Positions 55,790 through 64,000 of a stretch of 64,000 nt of DNA are shown one piece after another. A program made the position numbers and the translations under genes. Positions within the stretch are counted from its first letter, which is position 1. Every line of letters starts with the position of its first letter. This stretch comes from Nitrososphaerota archaeon (GTDB lineage Archaea > Thermoproteota > Nitrososphaeria_A > Caldarchaeales > Calditenuaceae), in NCBI GenBank assembly GCA_041641295.1, contig JBEPYO010000001.1, positions 448,001 to 512,000 of the forward strand, in the 5' to 3' direction. A model generated the notes under the pieces. It worked only from the letters and a program-made list of their open reading frames with translations, had not been told where the DNA came from and ran no database searches.

Positions 55790-56134
55790 GTGATGCAGGA
55801 GTTCAAGATCAACCTTACAGAGAGGGCCGCCCTCAAGATCAGGGAGTACCTAGCTGGTGAGGGGGAGGGGCTGGCGCTCAGGGTGTTTATAATGGGGCAA
55901 GGGTGTTGCGGATACCGCTACGGCATGGTTCTAGACAACGAGGTTTTGGAAGATGATATTGTCGTCCAGGACAACGGTGTTAGAGTTGTTGTGGATAAAT
56001 ACAGTGCATCACTCCTCGCTGGCTCCGAGATAGACTATGTAGAGAGTGAGGGGTTGGAAGGGTTCGTCGTGAAGAACCCGAACGAGCAGTCGACCTGTAG
56101 CTGTGGTAGACACCACCACTCTATGATTGAGTAA
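55790..56134 (+). CDS. A-type Fe-S cluster carrier (IscA/ErpA/HesB family)
   Basis: GCCGYRY, IDYVE, NPN...CSCG. Confidence 0.9.
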   Translation: MMQEFKINLTERAALKIREYLAGEGEGLALRVFIMGQGCCGYRYGMVLDNEVLEDDIVVQDNGVRVVVDKYSASLLAGSEIDYVESEGLEGFVVKNPNEQSTCSCGRHHHSMIE

Positions 56135-56606
56135 GGTACTGGCGGGCATGGAAGTGGGGGACACCTGCCCAGACTTCTCCCTCCCTTCGACAGAGGGGGA
56201 GTTCAGGCTTAGTGAGAGGCTTGGAAAGAACCGCTACATAATACTCTACTTCTATCCAAGAGACAACACCCCCGGATGCACATCAGAGGCTTGTAGCTTT
56301 AGAGACAACATGGGTGTTTTGACAAGATATGGAGCTGAAGTCTATGGGATAAGCACCGACGACCTTAAGAGCCACAAGAAATTCGCACAGAAATACAACA
56401 TAGCCTTCCCGCTGCTCAGCGACAAGAACGGCGAGATATCACGACTCTTCGACGCGTATAATAGCATTTTCAAGACGGCGAAGCGAAAGACCTTCATAAT
56501 CTCCCCTGACGGTAGAATAGTCAAAATAATAGAATGGGTTAAACCGGAGGAGCACGTTAAACTAGCTATCGAGTTTCTTGAGAGGGAAGCTCAGCGGGCT
56601 ATCTGA
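56127..56606 (+). CDS. bcp: Peroxiredoxin, BCP/PrxQ type
   Basis: YFYPRDNTPGCTSEACSFRD. Confidence 0.9.
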   Translation: MSKVLAGMEVGDTCPDFSLPSTEGEFRLSERLGKNRYIILYFYPRDNTPGCTSEACSFRDNMGVLTRYGAEVYGISTDDLKSHKKFAQKYNIAFPLLSDKNGEISRLFDAYNSIFKTAKRKTFIISPDGRIVKIIEWVKPEEHVKLAIEFLEREAQRAI

Positions 56607-56851
56607 ACCCTCGCCCTAACCTCCTTGACTATCTCATCAGCAGTCGGGAACCTACCTCCCTGCTCCTTCCGCGAATAAACTTTCTTATCATCTATGTAAA
56701 CATCAAAGGTGCCGCCGTCAGATGTGTCGAGGGTTACGGAGAAGCGTTTATTGTACTCCATGCCGAATGTCTGTAGCAGGTGGTTTGCGAGCTCCATCGC
56801 CCTCGGAAGATGGCCACACGGCACGCAGTAGACTATCCTAACGTTGACCAC
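56591..56851 (-). CDS. Rdx family (SelT/SelW/SelH-like) protein, cysteine form
   Basis: YCVPCG, GTFDV, RFP. Confidence 0.82.
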   Translation of the reverse strand: MVNVRIVYCVPCGHLPRAMELANHLLQTFGMEYNKRFSVTLDTSDGGTFDVYIDDKKVYSRKEQGGRFPTADEIVKEVRARVQIAR

Positions 56852-56949
56852 GTATGATTTGCGGAATTCTTAATTTATTAACGTTATTTCTTTACCAAGA
56901 GTCTACAAGGTTTATATCCCCTGCCACAGCAGACCAGTTAGGGGGCTCA

Positions 56950-57066
56950 ATGCTGAGTAGGCAGACGGTGGAGGCCGAGGAGTGTCCTCGGTGCCACTTA
57001 GAAGTCCCAGCTGGGACAAGAAGATGTCCTAGGTGTGGCTTATGTATAGCCTGCTCCAGCCAGTGA
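56950..57066 (+). CDS. 38-aa CPxCG-type zinc-finger microprotein
   Basis: ATG 56950 after GGGGG and a TATA-like TTTATAT near 56911; CPRC...CPRCGLCIAC. Confidence 0.6.
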   Translation: MLSRQTVEAEECPRCHLEVPAGTRRCPRCGLCIACSSQ

Positions 57067-57074
57067 AAAGAGTC

Positions 57075-58055
57075 TTAGACCCTGACGCATATTTTTTCCT
57101 CGAGGGCGTAGGCGTTGATTCCGAGGCGCCTCAGGTGTCTAGCAAGTGTGGATGAGAATCCGTATATTGTGAGGACTGTCTTATAATCATGGTTTTTCGC
57201 GTATGATACTAGGCCGTGGAAGTCTGAGTGGGCGGAGAGTGGGAAGTAGGCGTCGAATCCCTCCTGCCTCGTGGTGAGGACCCAGCCTGTGGCGAGCGCC
57301 CATCTGACACGCCTGTTTGCGAGCTGGGAGATGTCCCTCCGCGCAGAAACGTAGACCGCACCACTCTTGGCAGCCTCATCGCCCTCCCGGGTCCCAGCCT
57401 TTAGGAAGTCCAGCCACCTGAACGTGTTCTTATAGACCATGGAGATTCTGTAGATCTCGGGTGTGGTGAGGACTGGCACGTTTAGCGTCTTGTTGATGAG
57501 GGCGACTATTTCCTGAGCCTTGCCGGCCGAGTAGACCTTTAGGGCGGGTATATCGCCCCGCGCTAGGGTCTCTTTCACCCACTTGATAATCTCGTAGTAG
57601 ATTCCCTCCCTGTCCGGGAATTTGTAGATGGGGGAGCCGTAGGTTGCCTCTATCACTAGGACATCGGCCTCGTCCTGTTCTGCACCCCTCTGAAGGATGT
57701 TGTCATAGACGTTCATGTCGCCTGTATATAGTATGGAGAGGCCGTCAGCTTCCAGCTTAAACATGCTTGAGCCGAGCATGTGCCCCGAGTTCAGGGCAGT
57801 GAGGTGGATGCCATGTGGTAATTCTATCTTAACCCCGAGGGGGGATTCAATGAATCTCCTATAGTATTTTTTGCGGGAGGCGAAGATTTTATGGGTCTCG
57901 CCCGTCATGACGTTGAGCTCTGTGGGCGAGCCTGCGTGGTCCATGTGCGCATGGCTCAGACACCTTAACCCCTGCCCCTCCGCAGCGTCAAAGAGGATCC
58001 GCGATCCGCGGTCCTCGAAAACCGGCGCAGCCCCCTCCATCCTTATCAGAGGCAA
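57075..58055 (-). CDS. MBL-fold metallohydrolase/nuclease (beta-CASP-like)
   Basis: SHAHMDH, SGHMLGS, YTGD, EATYG, SAHSD. Confidence 0.8.
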   Translation of the reverse strand: MPLIRMEGAAPVFEDRGSRILFDAAEGQGLRCLSHAHMDHAGSPTELNVMTGETHKIFASRKKYYRRFIESPLGVKIELPHGIHLTALNSGHMLGSSMFKLEADGLSILYTGDMNVYDNILQRGAEQDEADVLVIEATYGSPIYKFPDREGIYYEIIKWVKETLARGDIPALKVYSAGKAQEIVALINKTLNVPVLTTPEIYRISMVYKNTFRWLDFLKAGTREGDEAAKSGAVYVSARRDISQLANRRVRWALATGWVLTTRQEGFDAYFPLSAHSDFHGLVSYAKNHDYKTVLTIYGFSSTLARHLRRLGINAYALEEKICVRV

Positions 58056-58189
58056 GTCAAGTATTGGAGAGGCAGCCGCTTGATAAAAATTTAGGGATTG
58101 GGTCTCGGAGAGGTTTTACGTCTCTTAAGCCTATTGCGCTTCCGATGGGATGGAAATCGTTTTTAAGAGGTGAAACGAGGCGCTAGCAG

Positions 58190-59512
58190 GTGTCTTTGCT
58201 CAGGGATAGGTATGATAAGGCTGTCGAGGCTTCTGGCAGCATTCTATGCCTTGGACTCGACCCGCCGCCGTGGGCCTACCCGGAGCCTAGTTTGAGGCTG
58301 AAGTTCTGTCTCGACAAGATCCAGCAGCTCGGCAGGTTTTGCTCCGCTGTTAAGCTGAATGAGAATCATGTGCGCGGCCTGGGGGAAGACGGGCACAGAG
58401 CTATAACCGGGTTGGCGAAGAAGCTGAACCTTTTAGCGATTCTGGACTGTAAGCTCGGAGACATCGGCGAATCTGCTAAGGCTGGTGTAAACACCATCGC
58501 GAGGTTAGGCTATGACGCCTTTACCCTCAACCCCCTCTTCGGCAATGTCAGAGAAGTGGTAGAAGAGGCGCATAGGCAGGGGCTAGGCGTGTTCCTTCTC
58601 GCCCACCCATCAAGCAGATACGGCGAGAAATACTTCCGTCGCGTGGTGAATGGTGAGCCGCTCTACTGGAGGTTTATTGAGGAGGGGGTTGAGGCTGGGG
58701 TGGACGGATACGTAGTCGGGCTTTCACCTAGCCTCGGTGAGGAGGAGATAGCCGAGATTAGGAGGAGGATAGGAGAGGAGGCGATAATACTCTCACCCGG
58801 ATTAGGCGCACAGGGAGGAGACCCAACGCCCATGATCAGGGCCGGCGGTGAGAGGATACTCATCAATGTGGGCCGGTCGATAATACTTGCAGAGGACCCG
58901 GCCGTCGAAGCGGCAGGCATCGCTGAAACCCTCTCGAGCCGTAGGGAATTCATCCTCACCAGTAAGGCAATAATTGGGACGAAAGGAGTCTTGAACATAT
59001 ATGAGAAGCCGGTCCAGCTCTCGAGCGGCGGGTGGAGCCGTCTCTACATCGACTGTAGGGCGCTATACTCCGACCCAGTTTCGAGGTCGCTCATAGCAAG
59101 ACTCATGACTGGGGCTATATCCAGACGCGTCGGCAGGTCCGGCTTCGAGATAGCGACCACAGCTACTGCAGGAATACCATTGGCGAGCATTGTGGCAGAC
59201 AGGCTTGGCGTGGGACTTGTATACGTCAGGATGGAGAAGAAGGCGCACGGGCTTGAGCGGAAGGTGGAGGGAGTGGTTAAGCCTGGGATGCTCTATGTAG
59301 GCGTTGACGACGTGGCCACCACTGGTAAGAGCGCGCTTGAGTGTGTGAAGGCAGTGCGGGAGGAGGGGGGAGTGATAAACAAATACTTTGTGATCTTTGA
59401 TAGGGATGAGGGCGCCGAACAGCTCCTCCGCGAGGCTGGAGTTGAACTCTACTCTCTCGCCCGTATGAGTAGCGAGTTCCTGACCATGGCAGGTGTTAGC
59501 GATAAGCCCTAA
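58190..59512 (+). CDS. Bifunctional OMP decarboxylase-orotate phosphoribosyltransferase (PyrF-PyrE order)
   Basis: LDCKLGDI and PGLGAQGG, followed by LSSG, YIDCR and VDDVATTGKS. Confidence 0.88.
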   Translation: MSLLRDRYDKAVEASGSILCLGLDPPPWAYPEPSLRLKFCLDKIQQLGRFCSAVKLNENHVRGLGEDGHRAITGLAKKLNLLAILDCKLGDIGESAKAGVNTIARLGYDAFTLNPLFGNVREVVEEAHRQGLGVFLLAHPSSRYGEKYFRRVVNGEPLYWRFIEEGVEAGVDGYVVGLSPSLGEEEIAEIRRRIGEEAIILSPGLGAQGGDPTPMIRAGGERILINVGRSIILAEDPAVEAAGIAETLSSRREFILTSKAIIGTKGVLNIYEKPVQLSSGGWSRLYIDCRALYSDPVSRSLIARLMTGAISRRVGRSGFEIATTATAGIPLASIVADRLGVGLVYVRMEKKAHGLERKVEGVVKPGMLYVGVDDVATTGKSALECVKAVREEGGVINKYFVIFDRDEGAEQLLREAGVELYSLARMSSEFLTMAGVSDKP

Positions 59513-59524
59513 AAATACGGGGTC

Positions 59525-60592
59525 TTATCTGCTCCTTACTATCAGGTATTCGGCCAGTGAGCGTAGAAGTTCTTTCGCATGGCTTGGCCTCAGCTCAGGC
59601 TCTATTGCATTCCACCCATCCTCTACGAGGCGTCTAGCAATGGACTTGCTATACTCTATAGCCCCGCTAGACTTTATCAGCTCTATCGCCTCGTCTATCG
59701 TCGCCCTGTCTGCTGTCTTCAAGCCTAACACCCTCCGAAGCTTTTCACTCTTCTCCCTAGGGAGTGTTCGCAGCGCGTGTATGACCATTAAAGTCCTCTT
59801 ACCCTCCCTCAGATCTCCCCCAATCTCCTTACCGTAGAGAGACTCGTCTCCTATAAGATTAAGGAGGTCGTCCTGAATCTGGAACGCAACCGCGATGGAG
59901 GAGGCGAACCTGCTGAATTTCTCCTCAATCGCGCTATCCACGCCGGCCATTAGGCACGCAATCCTTACTGAGAGTCTGGCGAGGCTTCCGGTCTTTAGGT
60001 CGCACATCAGGAGGTACTGCGACTCATTAACATCCCTGCCAATTCCTCTATGCCAAGCAATGTCTAGGGCCTGTCCCAGGCTTAGTCGGAGCATCTCCTC
60101 CACGTAGATTTTCAGGAGGGCGGTTTGTACAGCCTCGGGGATGCGGATTTTCGACAAGACGGCGGCAACTGGGAGATAGTATAGAGTGTTACCGGCATTT
60201 ATTGCGACATCCTCGCCGTATATTCTATGTATACAGGGCTTCCCACGTCTGACCTCGCTGCCATCCTCCACGTCATCAACTATCAGTGTCCCATTATGTA
60301 TCAGCTCAGGGATTGTAAGCAGCTGCACTATGTCCTCGGCACGGCCGCCGAGGGCCTCGTAGACCAGCATCCCAAGCGCGGGCCTCCATCGCTTACCACC
60401 CCTATCCAACAGATCCCATGCAGGCCTTGTAACAACCTCGTTGAGAGAGTATACGTCTATCTCTCCGTAAGATAGACCGGCCACCCTTCGATAATAGTCC
60501 TCCCCGGGTGTTCTGGGGAAGAGTTCCTCGAGGGCCTCGTTGACGAGCCTCGCATAGTTGTTTAGCTCCTGCTCTATCTCCACATATGGCAA
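59525..60592 (-). CDS. Polyprenyl diphosphate synthase (GGPP synthase-like)
   Basis: GGKRWRP, LIVDDVED, RRG, FQIQDDLL. Confidence 0.9.
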   Translation of the reverse strand: MPYVEIEQELNNYARLVNEALEELFPRTPGEDYYRRVAGLSYGEIDVYSLNEVVTRPAWDLLDRGGKRWRPALGMLVYEALGGRAEDIVQLLTIPELIHNGTLIVDDVEDGSEVRRGKPCIHRIYGEDVAINAGNTLYYLPVAAVLSKIRIPEAVQTALLKIYVEEMLRLSLGQALDIAWHRGIGRDVNESQYLLMCDLKTGSLARLSVRIACLMAGVDSAIEEKFSRFASSIAVAFQIQDDLLNLIGDESLYGKEIGGDLREGKRTLMVIHALRTLPREKSEKLRRVLGLKTADRATIDEAIELIKSSGAIEYSKSIARRLVEDGWNAIEPELRPSHAKELLRSLAEYLIVRSR

Positions 60593-60635
60593 ATGCGTTG
60601 AGACTGGTAATAAATTGTTGCTCCGCGTCGAGGGG

Positions 60636-61418
60636 CTAAATTGTTAGGCCATTCCGCCTTAAAAACTCGGATGTCTCAGCCTCAAGCTCCTCCATCTCCC
60701 TATCCCTCCTAACCTTCTCGGCGAGGTATTGCCTATATGTGGACCGAATACCGACATACTTCAAGAGATACCCCTCAGCTGCAAGCTTCTCTGAGGCTTC
60801 ATCAAGATACTTCTGAAGCTGCTCTCTCCTAGGCTCGCGATATGAGTCGTACATCAGCACCAAATCGAGAGGCATCCTCGGCCTCGTCGGCGGGTTCTCA
60901 CCAGGCGGACCCATACAGATGAAAAAGAGTGGCGCCACCCCACCCGGGATGTCAAGGATCTTTTGGAGCTCCAGTCCAAGCTTAAGGGGCCAGTCGAGGA
61001 TGACTGAGGAGTACCCTATGGCCTCGCCGGCCAGTATCAGATTCTCCGCGAACAGGCCGGCCTCGAATATAGCCTCCACAGTCTCTATAGGGTTTGGCGG
61101 CCTAGCCAGGGTGTGATCTGGCTCCAGCAGGTCGAACAGCATTCGCGTCCTTCTAAAATCTATGCAGAGAAGCAGCAGAATCGGGGCCTGCTTAATGATG
61201 TTGTCCTCCGTCAACTCGTATATCTTTTCCCGGAGTTCAGGCCTCTCGATGTTGATTACAGTGTATGACTGGTAGACGCACGGTGCCCTCTGGCCCGCCT
61301 CCACCAAGAGTTCCAGAATACTCCTGCTGGGCTTCGCATCCCTGAAGACTCTGATTGATCTCCTCCGAAATAGGAGGGCGAGAACTCCATGCCTCTTCCT
61401 GGGACGAGCCGCCACCAT
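60636..61418 (-). CDS. Nitroreductase family protein
   Basis: RRRSIRVF, AGQRAP, RPRMP. Confidence 0.8.
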   Translation of the reverse strand: MVAARPRKRHGVLALLFRRRSIRVFRDAKPSRSILELLVEAGQRAPCVYQSYTVINIERPELREKIYELTEDNIIKQAPILLLLCIDFRRTRMLFDLLEPDHTLARPPNPIETVEAIFEAGLFAENLILAGEAIGYSSVILDWPLKLGLELQKILDIPGGVAPLFFICMGPPGENPPTRPRMPLDLVLMYDSYREPRREQLQKYLDEASEKLAAEGYLLKYVGIRSTYRQYLAEKVRRDREMEELEAETSEFLRRNGLTI

Positions 61419-61531
61419 TAAGTCACCTGCCTCTGAGTATTATCGGCCACTAATTAAGCAGGCCGCAAAGGGGGTGCAAGTCTTATCCAGTAATATTTGG
61501 GTGGTAGCACCTGAGCACTAGCAGCGTGCCC

Positions 61532-62410
61532 CTAGCCCTCAGAGACCCACGCGATAATCTCCTCCACCGACCTAGCCAGCCTGAACTTTCTCCGGAAGAA
61601 GGTGGCTATGTTCTCTATGTCCCGTCTCAGATAGAGCTCGGCGTTGGGATGTGATGGCCCCACCCACTGGGGCCAGTCAATTATCACGTGCCGCTCCTCG
61701 GGTGTGATGAGTATGTTGTAGTGGCTCAAGTCGCAGTGGATCACACCAGCTTCAAGAGCAGCTTTAACGGATTTGATTATCTCCCACAGCAGGGTTTCGG
61801 GCTCAGATAGCTTATTGACATGGGCCAGCAGCTCACCCTCGATCAGAGAAGTGACGACCATGTGTCTGTTACGATATACGGGGGCTGGAACCGGCACTCC
61901 CTTAGGATATAGGATGCGGAGCGCCTGTATCTCGCGCTGGGCAGACATCTTCGAGGACGCGAGATAGTTTGCAGCCTCAAGGCCTACTTCCCGGAAACGC
62001 CTATGCTTCTTAATGCTTGTCCTGCCAATCCTGTAGAACTTGACTCCAACGACATTCCCCTCCCCAGTCCGTCCGATGTAGATGTCTGCCTCCTTCCCAA
62101 CCCCTATTTTGACGCCTATGTGGGTGAGTATTCCACGCCTAGATGCGCTGTGCAGTGCAAGCATGTCAAGGCTGGCGAAGTTTAGCAAGTATTCGCGGCC
62201 CCTTCCGCGGGGGGACCAGACAAGCCTCCTCCTGTTCAGCTCCCTCAGCATCTTCTCGACATAGTCCAAGCCGAGCCTAAGCGACTTGGCGATAGCCTCC
62301 GGGGTGGCTACACGCCCTTGGTCAGCCATCCGCTCAATTGTTTCCAGTACCTTGAACTCTATCTCTGAGAGGCTTCCAACGAGGCTGGCAATCCGCTTCA
62401 GCTCCGTCAT
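61532..62410 (-). CDS. rio2: RIO2 serine/threonine kinase
   Basis: N-terminal wHTH; IGVGKEADIY, IHCDLSHYNI, IIDWPQ. Confidence 0.9.
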   Translation of the reverse strand: MTELKRIASLVGSLSEIEFKVLETIERMADQGRVATPEAIAKSLRLGLDYVEKMLRELNRRRLVWSPRGRGREYLLNFASLDMLALHSASRRGILTHIGVKIGVGKEADIYIGRTGEGNVVGVKFYRIGRTSIKKHRRFREVGLEAANYLASSKMSAQREIQALRILYPKGVPVPAPVYRNRHMVVTSLIEGELLAHVNKLSEPETLLWEIIKSVKAALEAGVIHCDLSHYNILITPEERHVIIDWPQWVGPSHPNAELYLRRDIENIATFFRRKFRLARSVEEIIAWVSEG

Positions 62411-62413
62411 CGG

Positions 62414-64000
62414 CTAGGCAATCCTGCCCTCTTCCTCCAGCAATATGGCGACTGTCAGCATACCTTGCTCGAGCGTCCACTCCCGCCTATACGCAGTGCT
62501 AGGAATCTCTTTACCAGCACCCAAGCTTATCCTAGTCCTTGTCTCCTCCTCTATGTACTCGATCAAAGGCTTAAGACTCTCCTGGAGCGGCTGAGGCTCA
62601 ATCGAGACCAAGCACGATACCTCCTTGGTAATTTCTAGGTTGAGCTCCTTCCTCATGACCTGGATCCTCCTTATCACCTCGTTGGCGAGAGATATTGACT
62701 TCAACCTCTCATCCTCAGACACGTCTATGTAGACATGCACGAACCGCCCCTCACCCTCAAACAAGTGGCTTGGAAGCTCCTCCACAACCTGGAAATCACC
62801 CTCGACCAAGTCGAAGACAGAGCCGTCACTTAACATCAGAGTGTAGCGTCCAGTCCTAGTGATCTGGTCCAATACCTCACCCACACGCGCCCTAGATAAA
62901 GCCTCTGAGACGAGTGGGAGCTTCTTCCCAGCCCTAGGGCCTAGACGCGAGTTTACTGGTACGAGCCTCCTGATTATTTCGGCTGGCTTCTGACCAACGT
63001 CTAGAACCTCGACAGAGAAGCTGTTGGTCATCCTCTCTATGTAGGATCTCAGGGCCTGGACTGATTCCTTGGCGCGCGGAGACTTGGGCGCGATGATTGT
63101 ACGCCTAAGGGGCCAGCGCAGCTTCCTCCTCGCCTTATTCCTAGCGTTAAGTGTTGCGGCGATTACGTCCTCAGCCACCTGCATCTGGTCCTCTATCTCG
63201 GGGTTGATGAGGGCTTCGTCAGGCCGTGGCCACTTGTTTAGGCAGACACTGAGGGGGTCGTTCTCGGTCTTGAGCCGCTGGTATAGATACTCTGAGATGT
63301 AGGGGGCGAAGACGGATAGGACTGGCAGGAGTTTTCTCAGGACGTAGTGTAGTGTCGCGTAGGCGGCTATCTTCGATGGAGTCCTCTCCTCAATCCAGAA
63401 CCTCCTCCTGACAGCGCGGACATATGTCCTGCTCAGATCCTCCACTATGAAGTTTAAGAGACTTCTCGCCGCCTCATGAATCTCAAACCTCTCAATATTG
63501 GAGGTCACATACTTTATCAGCGTGTTTATCCTCGAGAGAATCCACCTGTCCTCAGGCTCCGCGTAGTTCAGCATAGCCCAGACGGTCTCCTTCTCCGGAT
63601 CATACCTGTCCAAGTCAAAGTACGTCTTCGCAAATGAGACCACGTTCCACAGAATGTTAAGGGCTTGGTTGACTTGTTTAACTTCGTCCGGGTCGAAGTT
63701 TATTGTCTCCCAGCTCTGGGCCTTGCTTACTAGATAGAGCCTGACGTTATCCACACCCCAGTTATCCATCGCCTCCGTGGCCCAGAGCACGTTACCCCTG
63801 CTCTTTGACATCTTTTTCCCAAACTTGTCTAGGACGAAGTTCTGGCTTAGGACTGTCTTGTAGGGGGCTTTCCCGAACATCAGTGCTGATGTGAAGAGGA
63901 GGGTGTAGAACCAGCCCCTTGTCTGGTCTATCGCCTCGGTGATGAAATCGTAGGGAAAGAGCTTCTCGAATAGCCTCTTGTCTCCTAGCCAGTCTACACT
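62414..64000 (-). CDS. ileS: Isoleucine--tRNA ligase, C-terminal part (5' end beyond the window)
   Basis: EAIDQTRGWFYTL upstream of the track start, KMSKS; frame open to the window edge. Confidence 0.92.
   Translation of the reverse strand, partial: SVDWLGDKRLFEKLFPYDFITEAIDQTRGWFYTLLFTSALMFGKAPYKTVLSQNFVLDKFGKKMSKSRGNVLWATEAMDNWGVDNVRLYLVSKAQSWETINFDPDEVKQVNQALNILWNVVSFAKTYFDLDRYDPEKETVWAMLNYAEPEDRWILSRINTLIKYVTSNIERFEIHEAARSLLNFIVEDLSRTYVRAVRRRFWIEERTPSKIAAYATLHYVLRKLLPVLSVFAPYISEYLYQRLKTENDPLSVCLNKWPRPDEALINPEIEDQMQVAEDVIAATLNARNKARRKLRWPLRRTIIAPKSPRAKESVQALRSYIERMTNSFSVEVLDVGQKPAEIIRRLVPVNSRLGPRAGKKLPLVSEALSRARVGEVLDQITRTGRYTLMLSDGSVFDLVEGDFQVVEELPSHLFEGEGRFVHVYIDVSEDERLKSISLANEVIRRIQVMRKELNLEITKEVSCLVSIEPQPLQESLKPLIEYIEEETRTRISLGAGKEIPSTAYRREWTLEQGMLTVAILLEEEGRIA

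Noticed and set aside
56591-56851. Selenoprotein (SelW-like)
   Set aside because: The motif is encoded TGC GTG CCG TGT (CVPC), with no in-frame TGA
1-64000. CRISPR arrays, rRNA genes, transposases, inteins
   Set aside because: No regularly spaced repeats, rRNA-like tracts or transposase motifs seen; RadA, PolB2 and the RNA polymerase subunits have normal lengths

Overview
Archaeal chromosome segment, most likely a thermophilic aerobic member of the TACK group such as Aigarchaeota/Caldarchaeales. This is inferred from unsplit rpoA and rpoB, a TFE-beta/RPC34 homologue, a Urm1-cgi121 pair, an A1-type heme-copper oxidase and GC-rich core genes. The housekeeping backbone contains lutC/lutB, rps15, ino1, nuoBCD, tRNA-Asp, the cox operon, rpoH-rpoB-rpoA-rpl30e-nusA, a pyrF-pyrE fusion, a polyprenyl synthase, rio2 and ileS. 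Two regions stand out. (1) An AT-richer island of about 16 kb downstream of tRNA-Asp (22.7-38.3 kb) resembles a near-complete phloroglucinol/polyphenol degradation pathway: PhlG/phloretin-hydrolase-like protein, aromatic-acid decarboxylase, reductase-type SDR, cyclase-family hydrolase, cupin, 3-hydroxyacyl dehydrogenase, acetoacetate-CoA ligase and an ABC importer with two binding proteins. It also holds a DRE-TIM enzyme, while no known triacetate-cleaving family is visible. (2) A radA / inactive radA-like / small protein / polB2 cassette (43.1-47.3 kb) carries a candidate +1 frameshift site (TTT TTT CGC) that would fuse two genes, a probable CTG start for polB2 and an ANTTTC-like promoter element. 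Features missing from the ORF track include a C/D box sRNA, a 30-aa membrane peptide after the cox operon, an 11-bp direct repeat bracketing a gene between nuoC and nuoD, and an 11-bp inverted repeat upstream of cox. All functional calls come from motif recognition only; no searches were run.
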